64,000 nucleotides of DNA, taken from Balanoglossus misakiensis (lineage: Eukaryota > Animalia > Hemichordata). The notes below the pieces were generated by a model that worked only from the letters and a program-made list of their open reading frames with translations, searched no databases and was not told the origin of the DNA. A program made the translations under genes and the position numbers. Shown here piece after piece: positions 37,345 through 49,515 of this stretch (within the stretch, counting starts at the first letter, position 1; each line of letters begins with the position of its first letter). The stretch covers positions 4,898,001-4,962,000 of the forward strand of contig CM082590.2 in the NCBI GenBank assembly GCA_040954595.2. Direction: 5' to 3'.

Positions 37345-39004
37345 CAGAAAAAAAACGGAAAAGGGAGACACGTGGTTGATTGAAATGAATATTTGAATAT
37401 GACTGAGAGGTATGAGTGTATGCCGGCCTGCATGAGTGAGTGTACGATTGGCGTGTCACTTGATTCGTTTAATGTTACGTAAGTTGTCAAATGACATTTT
37501 ATAGTCCGTTGTTTGCTGAGTTTAGTTGTAAGTGCTGTGCAACCTGGTTCCCGTGTCACTCTGTTTAAATGTGTTTATGTATTTGAGTTGTAAAGAAATT
37601 ACCAGTGAAGTTTGAAGTTGCAGAGATTTTAACATTGGAGACAAATGTTGTGAGTTGAATTTGCCGTTCGTTTGATGACCTAAATAGATGGTCCAATTTG
37701 TGTAAATAGCCCCTTTTAATGGCTATGTGTTTGTATAAAGAAACCAAAGAAAATCCCATTTTCGAATGAAGAAAATGCCATTTTCGAAGTTGTAAAGAGT
37801 GGATTTTTGACAAAACGCTAAGATGTTTCAGTTTTAATTTTTTAAGGTTATTGAATTTGCCCGACATGACGTAACTCGAGAATAAGGAATGTCGGATGAT
37901 CGTTCGATGTAAAAGAATGCAAGAGAGTTTCGTTTGAGTCAATAAGACAACAGATATTAAGATTGTGTTCAATGATGGATACAACGTTTTATGGGTTTAC
38001 AGAAGGAGTTGCGATTTTATTGTTTATATTAGTAGGTGGATATGTGTGCGAAGGTTTTATGAGCACATACTATTTTAAGTTTATATGTACTTTTATTCTG
38101 TAGTAATTTGTGTATTGTAATTTTATAATTTTTTAAGACAATCACTTCATAGACATGACTCGATTTATTCAAATATCATACTTCAATTTTGTTATATATA
38201 TTGTACTCTTACATTTCAAAATCATACGGTACATCTTAATATATTCTAGGGGTGGAATTGAATGATTACCCTTGGTGTACTGCTCTTTAAGAGATTTGTG
38301 TCCAATGCGGGACGCATTGGTTTAAAAGGAGGGGAGTGTTACGATCTGTATAAAGGTCAAATACGATTTCAAGGGTTAATTAATCCAGAGCTCGGGAATG
38401 TCAATGTTTGATAGTATTTGATTTTATGTATTTGAAGTAGATAGGGAGAGCGGGTGTTTACCTGACTGCTCTGATTGTCAATCATCACCGAACTGACTTT
38501 GTTATAAACAGTATAGAAAACATTTTCCAATTTCCGAAAAACCTCTTTTTTACATAATTACTGCTGAAAAAGTTAGAAATGTATGAAAATATTCCCCATT
38601 CTTTGCCAATTTCTAATGAAAAAATTACATAAAGGTATTCTTAGTCTCTTTCCTGCAGCTGTACAGGAGGAAAAATGCATTTTGTCATATTTTGGCTTTA
38701 AACTCAAATTAAAATTTATCTGTGAAAAAACTGAGTCTCCTTCAAAGCCACGTACATGACAGTTCTTTTGATTTTTTTCTAATGAAATTTTGTCTCCATG
38801 TTTATCATGAGTAATATTTCTATTGAAAATTTGCAAGAAAAAACAACAGCATCAAAAAGTAAATCTGAAACCCAATATTTATTACAAGAATTGTTATATT
38901 AATATCCGTATCAAACAAATCCGTTGGATTTCGTATGAATTTTAGGAAATAAGCACTGCTCATTGACAAATCCATATTTTGCAGCTGAAATACTTGGAAA
39001 AGAG

Positions 39005-40505
39005 TCAGTGGCATGTGAGAGCTTGAAAATTTCCAAGCACTGACAAGGGTCAGTGGTCGGAAATTTCCAGACACTCATGGAATGTGAGAGTCTGGAAATT
39101 TCCAAGCACTGACAAGGATCAGTGGTCGGAAATTTCCAGACACTCAGGGAATGTGAGAGCTTAGAAATTTCCAAGCACTGACAAGGGTCAGTGGTCGGAA
39201 ATTTCCAGACACTCAGGGAATGTGAGAGCCTGGAAATTTCCAAGCACTGTCAAGGGTCAGTGGTCGGAAATTTCCAGACACTCAGGGAATGTGAGAGCTT
39301 AGAAATTTCCAAACACTGTCAAGGGTCAGTGGTCGGAAATTTCCAGACACTCAGGGAATGTGAGAGCCTGGAAATTTCCAAGCACTGACAAGGGTCAGTG
39401 GTCGGAAATTTCCAGACACTCAGGGAATGTGAGAGCTTAGAAATTTCCAAGCACTGACAAGGGTCAGTGGTCGGAAATTTCCAGACACTCAGGGAATGTG
39501 AGAGCCTGGAAATTTCCAAGCACTGACAAGGGTCAGTGGTCGGAAATTTCCAGACACTCAGGGAATGTGAGAGCTTAGAAATTTCCAAGCACTGACAAGG
39601 GTCAGTGGTCGGAAATTTCCAGACACTCAGGGAATGTGAGAGCTTAGAAATTTCCAAGCACTGACAAGGGTCAGTGGTCGGAAATTTCCAGACACTCAGG
39701 GAATGTGAGAGCTTAGAAATTTCCAAGCACTGACAAGGGTCAGTGGTCGGAAATTTCCAGACACTCAGGGAATGTGAGAGCCTGGAAATTTCCAAGCACT
39801 GACAAGGGTCAGTGGTCGGAAATTTCCAGACACTCAGGGAATGTGAGAGCTTAGAAATTTCCAAGCACTGACAAGGGTCAGTGGTCGGAAATTTCCAGAC
39901 ACTCAGGGAATGTGAGAGCCTGGAAATTTCCAAGCACTGACAAGGGTCAGTGGTCGGAAATTTCCAGACACTCAGGGAATGTGAGAGCCTGGAAATTTCC
40001 AAGCACTGACAAGGGTCAGTGGTCGGAAATTTCCAGACACTCAGGGAATGTGAGAGCTTAGAAATTTCCAAGCACTGACAAGGGTCAGTGGTCGGAAATT
40101 TCCAGACACTCAGGGAATGTGAGAGCTTAGAAATTTCCAAGCACTGACAAGGGTCAGTGGTCGGAAATTTCCAGACACTCAGGGAATGTGAGAGCTTAGA
40201 AATTTCCAAGCACTGACAAGGGTCAGTGGTCGGAAATTTCCAGACACTCAGGGAATGTGAGAGCCTGGAAATTTCCAAGCACTGACAAGGGTCAGTGGTC
40301 GGAAATTTCCAGACACTCAGGGAATGTGAGAGCTTAGAAATTTCCAAGCACTGACAAGGGTCAGTGGTCGGAAATTTCCAGACACTCAGGGAATGTGAGA
40401 GCCTGGAAATTTCCAAGCACTGACAAGGGTCAGTGGTCGGAAATTTCCAGACACTCAGGGAATGTGAGAGCTTAGAAATTTCCAAGCACTGACAAGGGTC
40501 AGTGG
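39005..40505 (+). repeat. 69-bp tandem array, left arm (about 21-22 copies)
   Basis: Unit cactgacaagggtcagtggtcggaaatttccagacactcagggaatgtgagagc(ctg/tta)gaaatttccaag. Confidence 0.97.
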
Positions 40506-40579
40506 TAGTCCTCCGTACAGGTCTGCGTTCTCCCATGGTTCTCCCGGCGTTTTATACGCGGCTTCCACCACATCTCTGC

Positions 40580-40973
40580 AAGGCTCCATGGACAAAACTG
40601 ATTCGTCTGAGATCCGGATCCGGACAGCAGCTTTTCGGCCGAGATTCGATTTTATCGGGGGGAATCTTTCCCCCGTCTACCCACAAATGACTCCAAATAT
40701 GATGTAATTAACTTCCGAGCCGCTCGCTTTCTGATTTTCTCTTGTGTTTACCTGTTGAGATTGCCATATTGAATACAGTGAGGTTATCTCAATGGGTAAA
40801 CACTAAAGTTTCAGAAAGCGAGCGGTTCGGATGTTAGAAAAAGTCAATCGCGGAGTCGGTTATAACCGGTTAGTAGACAGGGAAAGGATATTCTCCCGAT
40901 AAAATCGAATTTCGGCGAAAAGCTCTGGTACGGATCTGGACCGCAGACGCACCAGGTTTGTCTAAGGAGCCTT
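40580..40973 (+). other. Long imperfect inverted repeat (~400-nt hairpin)
   Basis: 40580-40680 pairs with 40873-40973, and ~40710-40765 pairs with ~40782-40836. Confidence 0.85.
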
Positions 40974-41427
40974 AGCGTCAAATGTTCATGACAGGCTTCG
41001 CCTACCAACTCCTCTGAGTTCGCCCATACACTAGTTGTTTATTGGGAATTGGTATTGTTTATCTGACACAATTGTTCTTTCTACTCTGTATACAAAGTCA
41101 CAACTTCACAACTACCAAATGCTATTGTTCTTGAATTATGCAGTGTTACCAAATGTCACAGTTCAAACCACTGTATATAAAGAAGTATTGGCCATTCCGC
41201 CCCTCTCTCTTCATTCCGAACCTATTCCCAAGTGTACGCGGTACATTTGTTGGTGCCGAGACCAGGATTTCGGGCATGGAGAGAGATAGAGAAGAACAGC
41301 AGAAGAGGCCACCGCAGTCAAATGACCAAACCCATCCGTAGTGTTGAAGATATAAACACAGGCGAAGTTCCCCAAAAGATCGTTTTCCTAAAGGCCATAA
41401 TTTGAAACATGATCGAGAAACTCAAGA

Positions 41428-42392
41428 TTTCCAAGCACTGACCCTGTCAATGCTTGGAAATTTCCAGGCTCTCACATTCCCTGAGTGTCTGGAAATTTCC
41501 GGCCACTGACCCTTGTCAGTGCTTGGAAATTTCCAGGCTCTCACATTCCCTGAGTGTCTGGAAATTTCCGACCACTGACCCTTGTCAGTGCTTGGAAATT
41601 TCCAGGCTCTCACATTCCCTGAGTGTCTGGAAATTTCCGACCACTGACCCTTGTCAGTGCTTGGAAATTTCCAGGCTCTCACATTCCCTGAGTGTCTGGA
41701 AATTTCTGACCACTGACCCTTGTCAGTGCTTGGAAATTTCCAGGCTCTCACATTCCATGAGTGTCTGGAAATTTCCGACCGCTGACCCTTGTCAGTGCTT
41801 GGAAATTTCTAAGCTCTCACATTCCCTGAGTGTCTGGAAATTTCCGACCACTGACCCTTGTCAGTGCTTGGAAATTTCTAAGCTCTCACATTCCCTGAGT
41901 GTCTGGAAATTTCCGACCACTGACCCTTGTCAGTGCTTGGAAATTTCCAGGCTCTCACATTCCCTGAGTGTCTGGAAATTTCCGACCACTGACCCTTGTC
42001 AGTGCTTGGAAATTTCTAAGCTCTCACATTCCCTGAGTGTCTGGAAATTTCCGACCACTGACCCTTGTCAGTGCTTGGAAATTTCCAGGCTCTCACATTC
42101 CCTGAGTGTCTGGAAATTTCCGACCACTGACCCTTGTCAGTGCTTGGAAATTTCTAAGCTCTCACATTCCCTGAGTGTCTGGAAATTTCCGACCACTGAC
42201 CCTTGTCAGTGCTTGGAAATTTCCAGACTCTCACATTCCCTGAGTGTCTGGAAATTTCCGACCACTGACCCTTGTCAGTGCTTGGAAATTTCTAAGCTCT
42301 CACATTCCCTGAGTGTCTGGAAATTTCCGACCACTGACCCTTGTCAGTGCTTGGAAATTTCCAGGCTCTCACATTTTCAACCACTGACCCTT
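41428..42392 (-). repeat. 69-bp tandem array, right arm, inverted (about 14 copies)
   Basis: Reverse complement of the left-arm unit. Confidence 0.97.
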
Positions 42393-43027
42393 CTGGAGTG
42401 ACTAGCAATTTTTGCAAATTGTACTATTAATTGAATTCATAATTTAGTTATTAGTTTTTTTCAATGAAATATTCAAATCCATACAACCCAAAGATGGCTC
42501 CTTCATTATTTCTATGGAAATTTCACAGTTTATTCTTTTCTTTCTGCACACTCGCAAACATCTTGACAATAATCATAATCATGTGAACAAAACACTAATT
42601 TCCTTGAAAAAAGTTAAAAAAACGGCTACTTTTCGGAAATTGGAAAATGTTTTCTATACTGTTTATATAACACTTTATGTAAATTGGTACGTATAGAGTT
42701 GACTGATGCCCAATGAAATTGTAACACATTGTATTTGTGATATTTCACATTATTAACCACGCCTTGAGAAAAGTAATTATAAGAGAACCTTGTTTCCAAA
42801 GTTAGGAAAAATAATCTAACGGGAGATGGGAGTACCTCAGGCTACTGAGTTCGTTCCCTTCCTCATGTACTTTACTGGGCGTATTTGATGTACTGGAGTA
42901 GTTCTGGACAATAAATGAACGTGAATCAGATACGTGTCTCCGTGGATCACTGTTCTCGTCAGAGCCCGATACCTCATCGCTACAGATTCCCCGATGCATG
43001 AACAATCATGAGAAACCAGCCGTAATA

Positions 43028-44525
43028 CTGAATACACTCAACATATATTTCTGAATGGCACGCCGCCAAATCCAGTGGACGTCGACCTCCATACACGGTC
43101 AGAAAACTCACTGAATGACAGAGCAGACAACTTTAAAGGAACCGCACCGATAACAACATCGCTTTGCATGCATGGTTTACTGTTGTCCACACCTGCCTCG
43201 CACAAATGGAATTCAACTGAAACCACTCGACGTCATTTATTGCAACCAGTGTTTATCTTTACACACACAAAATACCCCTGCTGTAATCTATCAGTACATA
43301 AAGTTTATGTGTAAAGTTTTTTCTTGTCTACAAAATGCAAGTATGAATTTTACCAGCTGTTTTGTAATGCAAATTGTCCATTCTTTTGTGCATATATCGT
43401 TGGAATGTATTAGCGTAACAGGGGGGGGGGCATCTCTTAAAGATTAAATACTATAGGACTAAATACTGTTTAATCTATTGGCTTTATGCGTATAGACTTT
43501 GGCGGAAAGCACTCAACACACTTAATATATAGGACAGAATGTTTGTTTAGTCGGCAGAAAAACACTCCACCACAATCAAGTAACATACAAACATTTTTCA
43601 ACCAGATCACAATAAAGTCAGGAATTATCGTGAGCTACAGCTTATACAGCTGTTTGGCAAAATATTGTCGCAACAATGGCCCCTTAAGAGCACTACATCT
43701 TCTTTTTAAAATCTCGAATAAATTCAAGAATCCTTGTTGCATCATTTCCAACTTCCACAAACAAACTAATAATTGTAACATTAGCTGACTTTAGTCTTGA
43801 ACTGAATACACTCAACATAGAATTCTGAATGACACGCCGTCAACGCCACTGGACACCGACCTGCATACACGGTCAGAAAACTCACTGAATGACAGAGCAA
43901 ACAACTTTAAAAGAACCGCACCGATAACAACACGGCTTTGCAAGGTTTATTTATGTTAACACCTGCCTCGCACAAATGGAATTCAACTGAAACCACTCGA
44001 CGTCATTTATTGCAACCAGTGTTTACCTTTACACGCACAAAATACCCCTGCTGTAAACAATCAGCATAAAGTTTGTCTAAATTTACCGTCAGTCAGAAAT
44101 TATCGTGAGCTACTTGTCATACAGCTGTTTGGCAAAATATTGTCGCAACAATGGCCCCTTTTGAGCACTACATCTTCTTTTTAAAATCTCGAATAAATTC
44201 AAGAATCCTTGTTGCATCATTTCCAACTTCCACAAACAAACTCATAATTGTAACATTAGCTGACTTCAGTCTTGAACTGAATACACTCAACATATATTTC
44301 TGAATGGCACGCCGCCAAATCCAGTGGACGTCGACCTGCATACACGGTCAGAATACTCGCTGAATGACAGAGCAGACAACTTTTAAGGAACCGCGCCGAT
44401 AACAACATCGCTTTGCATGCATGGTTTACTGCTGTCCACACCTGCCTCGCACAAATGGAATTCAACTGAAACCACTCGACGTCATTTATTGCAACCAGTG
44501 TTTACCTATACGCACGGAAAAACAC
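43028..44525. repeat. Degenerate tandem blocks, also homologous to 35100-35867
   Basis: ctgaatacactcaacata...ctgaatg.cacgccg recurs at ~43028, ~43802 and ~44276. Confidence 0.85.
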
Positions 44526-47509
44526 CCCAGCAAGCCTCGCACAGATCTCAGCCTCGGACCCCAGACAAATGTTTTCGACTCTTTAACAAATGAACTGCGG
44601 CGTTTTTCCACGTCTTATACATTTTGTTGACCGGTGGACAGAATACATGTACAGAGTTTTAGTCGTCCCGCTCAGCTGACTCGAAACCATTTCCGTAACT
44701 TCCGTAAGGCTAACATCAAGTCTGCTGGCTCGCTCGGGACCAGGCTCGCCAGCTGCAAGCACACATCCACGATCGTTACGTCGACTTTTCAAACTCTACC
44801 TTTCTCGTATTGATTTTACCCAGCGATATTCTCATGGAACCGTCATTTTTATTTCAATTATGTACAACCACGGGTACAAGCACTTGTTATTCCGTTTTAC
44901 AAGAAAGTTACAGCGACGGCCGAATCAGCGAAAATAATTCCGGTTGATGACGTAGAACAAGGGGTAAAATCGGATTTTTATTCGACCTTTTTACGGCACA
45001 CAGGTGGCTATACGGGCCAGTTCATGTGATAAACTATAACATTCAGCACAAAGAGGGAACTGAAGAGGCTTATCAATCAAGAATTTGTGAGGCAAGACAT
45101 GTTTGAAAGGCAATTGACACATGACCCACAACACACGCACTGATAAGAACAACAGTATCAGACCCACGTTGACAAACAGTTTTAGACAGGTCAGGCCAAT
45201 TTTTGATTTCCATACCTGTACCATGTTGTCCCCTCTCTGTGCGCACACCAAGTCAACCGGACACAACGCCCTCACATGTGCAACGAATGTAAATGTTTTT
45301 GTTAGGCAACTGCTTGCAGAATCTGGCCTATACCTTCATCTGATTACATTTGGAGTCAGTTGAGACTCCATGTGTGCCAGTGTTAATTGTGTCATATTTA
45401 TCACCACCGTTCATCCACATTAGTACTTTTGACTAAAATTGATTAAAACATAGACCAGCCACTATTCATTCTTATCAGCGCTCTCCCACTGGTACTAAGT
45501 AAATGAGTATGGAGGACATCCGTTCCATCACACCACCACTACAAAATTAATTCATATATTTGACCTTCCAGCTATGATGTTTTGGACTATATACATCAAG
45601 TATTGTTTTTGTTGATATTCCAATCTGGTGATTTGTTTTATTTGAATTAATTGTCATACAGCCTATTCAGCTTGTAATCAGAAGCAACTTACGCTAGGTC
45701 GTAAAGATTAAATACTGTTTGTCCCATTAGATTTATGGCATTTGAAACCACGCAACACATTTAATATGTAGCTCTTAATGTTTGTTTAGTTGGTAGAGAA
45801 ATACTCCGCCATTCAAACACACAATCAAGCAGTATAAAGAAACAATTCTCAACCAGATCATGATAAAGTCAGGATTATCATGAGCTAGAATTCAAACGGC
45901 TATTTGCCGTGGATTTACAACAACAAACACAAAGATGGGTTTGGCAGTTAAGGCAGTGATTTAATGAACAATAAACTGTCAACAGTTAAGCAGTACACCA
46001 AATATCATAGACAAGAAACCAGAAAAGGATTAGCAAGCTGAAGGAAACAGCGAGAGATAAAAACAAAAACGACATAGAAATGAGCATGAGAAAGTGGAAC
46101 AAACAAGATGGGGATGAGGTGGGTAGGTGACAAAATGAAACAGCTCCCAAGATTGCTGGAAGCCAACGTGAGGCTTATCTTACTGAGATGTGATAGAGGG
46201 CACTAGACCAAGCTGATGATGTTGCGATATATACTAGAATTCAGAATATGGAACAGAGTTGTAAATTACACAAAATTATTACACCAATACATCGTCTTAA
46301 ACCACGGCCCCTTTACGGCAACATTTTCTGCGATGCTAGATTAGGCTGTGGTTTTATTCGCAGTTTTATAATTATTAATCGGTCAGTTCCAGCACTGGCG
46401 AAACTGCGTCTCATTAATATATCCTCATGAAAATTAAACTGTCACTTTGCCTACAGCCGAGTATTTTGATTTATACTTCAAATCTCTGTCCTGTGTGAGT
46501 GTTTGGTGATTGGTGGCGATTCGCTGCTCTGTTTCGGCCTTGGTATAAATCACAGTCGAAGATTGACCATGTGTAAATCCTTTTGCTCGTGTCCGCTTAT
46601 TATCCGGAGACTTCAGTGGAGTCGCTCAGGTCTGACTGTCAAAAGGACACCGCTAGCACAAGTATGCAGTAAATCATGACAGGTTAAGTAGCTCCATGAG
46701 TAAACACAAGTACTACATTAGATTACATCTGACACACTGCACTGATTTGACACACTGCACTGACTACATGATCATGTGTCTGCATGGCCACGCAATTGAC
46801 AATTTACATACATGTAAAAACGAATAACCTTGAAACGTTGAACACACATGAAATATACGTAGTGCATGGAAAAGCTAAAACAACTTCATTTTGGCTAATT
46901 GTAATCAACAAAATCACGAAATGGTGAAAAAGTGAAATGATTAAATAAAGTAACCGAACAATGGAGAACTTCATAAACAAAGAGAGAAATAAAGCCGAGA
47001 AACAACAAAACGGACGATCGACAGGATGCACTGTATTTAACTCTTGCCATCTTCCCCTTATACAGCGCCCCAATGTGGCTAAGGGAATTGAAAGAAATTA
47101 CAGGGAGTGTGGAGTACAGGCTCCATGGATAATTAAAACACCCGCACAGTAAGCACAATTTCTGGATGCAGGAGGAAAATAGAACAAAAGAATAATCATC
47201 AATCATATGATGAAAATCCGACATGTCTAGACATTCTCGTCAAACCAACCCATCCACATAATAAACCGACTGAGCTTTGCATGTTCACACAATTGAGTGC
47301 AAAGAAAGCTAACAGAAGACCGGTAGATACTGTAAGTGTTGACTCAAAGCGTTGGACACAAGGACCAAACCTGACACCGAAATTCTCATACTGAATGTGA
47401 TAACATATACCACCCCCATTCATGTGAATTGGAATATATACGAACAGAACAATATTAAAACACCCACATTTAGAAACATTTAGACATTTTGTACGCAGCA
47501 AATGTTGAA

Positions 47510-48080
47510 TGACGTCAAATGTGTGTTATTGAATTGCTATTCCATGTGAATTATTATTTTGCATGGTGTTTTTCTTTGGCTTCATTTGCGTGGTGGTGTT
47601 GCCATGGTGACCATTACTGGGCTGACTTGTCTGGCAAGCTAGAGATGGAGGGGTTTCCCCATCTCTCCCCTGGTGAATCAATCACCAATCAGAAGTGCGT
47701 TCTGGGTCACGTGATGAGCCTGTCTATCATGTATATTTGAGGGGGGAATTAGCGTGGATCTGTTGAAGGGGGAACCTCAAGTTTCAGCTCTGTGCAACTT
47801 TACCTGATTAGTCCACTTGTATCCCTATCGGTTAGCCAGGCCCGGGTCTAGCCAGCCCCGGGTCACCGATCGGAGATCTAAGACGTGTTTACCTTAGCAG
47901 CTCGGTGTGGGCCGATATCTTCATCAAGACGCCTGCTTTCCGCGTTCTGACGAGTTTTGACCGCTGTGTTTAGAGACAGCGCTGTTTGTGAGAGGCTCAC
48001 TCCGGTCCGCCTGCGCCCTACCAGTTTTCCGAGGTATACCGTTCGGGTTTCCGTCACAATTGGTGGCATATTCGGGATTG
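47510..48080 (+). mobile_element. Possible LTR fragment followed by a PBS-like site
   Basis: GC-richer segment ending in GTCACA, then AT and TGGTGGCATATTCGGGAT. No partner LTR found. Confidence 0.3.
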
Positions 48081-49418
48081 TTAGGGCAACTTTGGTTCAG
48101 CTAAGCCCTTTTCGAATATTCGCTAAGGTCTGGATCATCATCATCAATCATCAATCGAAGGGATTTATAGAGCGCCAAACTCCACTGCAATATTGTTCAA
48201 TGGCGCTTTACAATGTCAAAAATCCAGGTTGTTTTCAACAGTAACGTTGATTCCGGGTTCGAGAGAACAGACGTTAATTCTACTGTCATTTCTGCAGAAG
48301 CCCTGAAAACTCCGCTCGTTTCATCGGGCACAGGGAGGAGGTCAGGCAGGGGTCGAAGTAGACATTTGATGTTTCCCCAGGAAATACAACGGATGAACGT
48401 GATATTGGTAGACAGTGAGATACAGTGGAACGATCAATTTGTGATATGGCACAACAACTTCAAACATTTATACAAACGTTTGGGGAAATGGAGTGACCGT
48501 GGTTGAAACAAGTTTATAGTTTGTGTCCATAGCACGCCTAAGTGACGTACCAATGACTGGTGCGCCCTCAACGATCGATTATTTTGTCGCAAGGTAAATT
48601 AACCAACGTTATGGTACAGATTCTCACACTCCAGATTTTTCTCACACTCCAAATCGATCCCACACTCTGTGTTAATGCGCACACAGACAACTGTTATCTG
48701 ACACGAGCTCTGATTGGATAATGATATTCGTACCCCTCAGAACGAGCAAATATTCTCGTGTGGGACAAAAAATCCCAAACTCGTGTGAGAAATACGATCC
48801 CAGGTCCTTGGGAGTGTGATATTCTATTTTTCCCTTTGACTGTTGAGGGCTTACTGAAGCCAGAAGAGAAGGCTTCTTTCACCAAAAGAACTTGTAACTG
48901 GGAACCAAAGTACAAATTATTACACAAAGAATTTAATGGATTGATTTTACGTTATTCACCTTCAACATGAGTAAATTGAAAGGTATAGAAAGTTCAAGTG
49001 CGAAGGAAGAACCACACATCCGAGAGGGCAGTAAAGAACATTCTACAAACATTACTCTGTAGTGAGAGGACAGATAAACTGCAAACACCTTTACAGTGTA
49101 TGTCCCCTGACGTTTTATTACTTAATATATTTTCAAACTAGTTGGAAAATGCCTCGCCCCTTCATCCAGAGAGCAGCGATTCTTCTCTGTCCATGTTATG
49201 CCAGACAGCTGATACGTCACCCTATTAACAGAACCCGGCGCAACCCACCAGATAATGGTGCAATCCAAGCTGCCTCCGCCGTCCCTTCACTATAACCGAC
49301 TACAGAATGACAATCAAAAATGCTTCACCGATAACACTTTTGAGTGTATTGGTCAAAGAGGTTCTACATAAATGTTTTAAGTGGCTCTTCTTCTAGATGG
49401 AATAGTTGTGTGTGAATA

Positions 49419-49515
49419 TAGTCTCTGTTACCCAGACCCCCCTGCTTCTTCCGTTGGGCACTCCAAAGAGGAGAGCCCAAAAGAAGAAGCAGGGGGGTCT
49501 GGGTAACCGAGACTA
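49419..49515. mobile_element. Palindromic TAG...CTA MITE with a 9-bp TSD (AcademH-type non-autonomous element, by inference)
   Basis: Nearly fully self-complementary 97 bp; GTGTGAATA duplicated at 49410-49418 and 49516-49524. A related fragment is at ~5500-5556. Confidence 0.8.

Larger units (their letters stand above)
38507..42663. mobile_element. Foldback-type non-autonomous DNA element (4157 bp)
   Basis: Perfect 34-bp TIRs AACAGTATAGAAAACATTTTCCAATTTCCGAAAA. A TATA duplication is deduced by comparison with the uninterrupted 5' LTR. Two inverted 69-bp arrays lie inside. Confidence 0.9.
35868..43027 (+). mobile_element. Gag-only Ty3/gypsy-type LTR retrotransposon whose 3' LTR is interrupted by an insertion
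   Basis: 5' LTR at 35868-36397 (TGTTACG...CGTAATA); PBS-like TGGTGGAGAT at 36400; PPT AAAAGGAGGGGAG at 38324-38336; 3' LTR at 38337-38506 plus 42664-43027; 4-bp TSD CTGA. Confidence 0.93.

Noticed and set aside
39005-42392. CRISPR-like array or protein-coding repeat (405-aa and 315-aa ORFs)
   Set aside because: Units are contiguous with no unique spacers, there are no cas genes, and the context is eukaryotic. The ORFs are by-products of a 69-bp (3n) unit.
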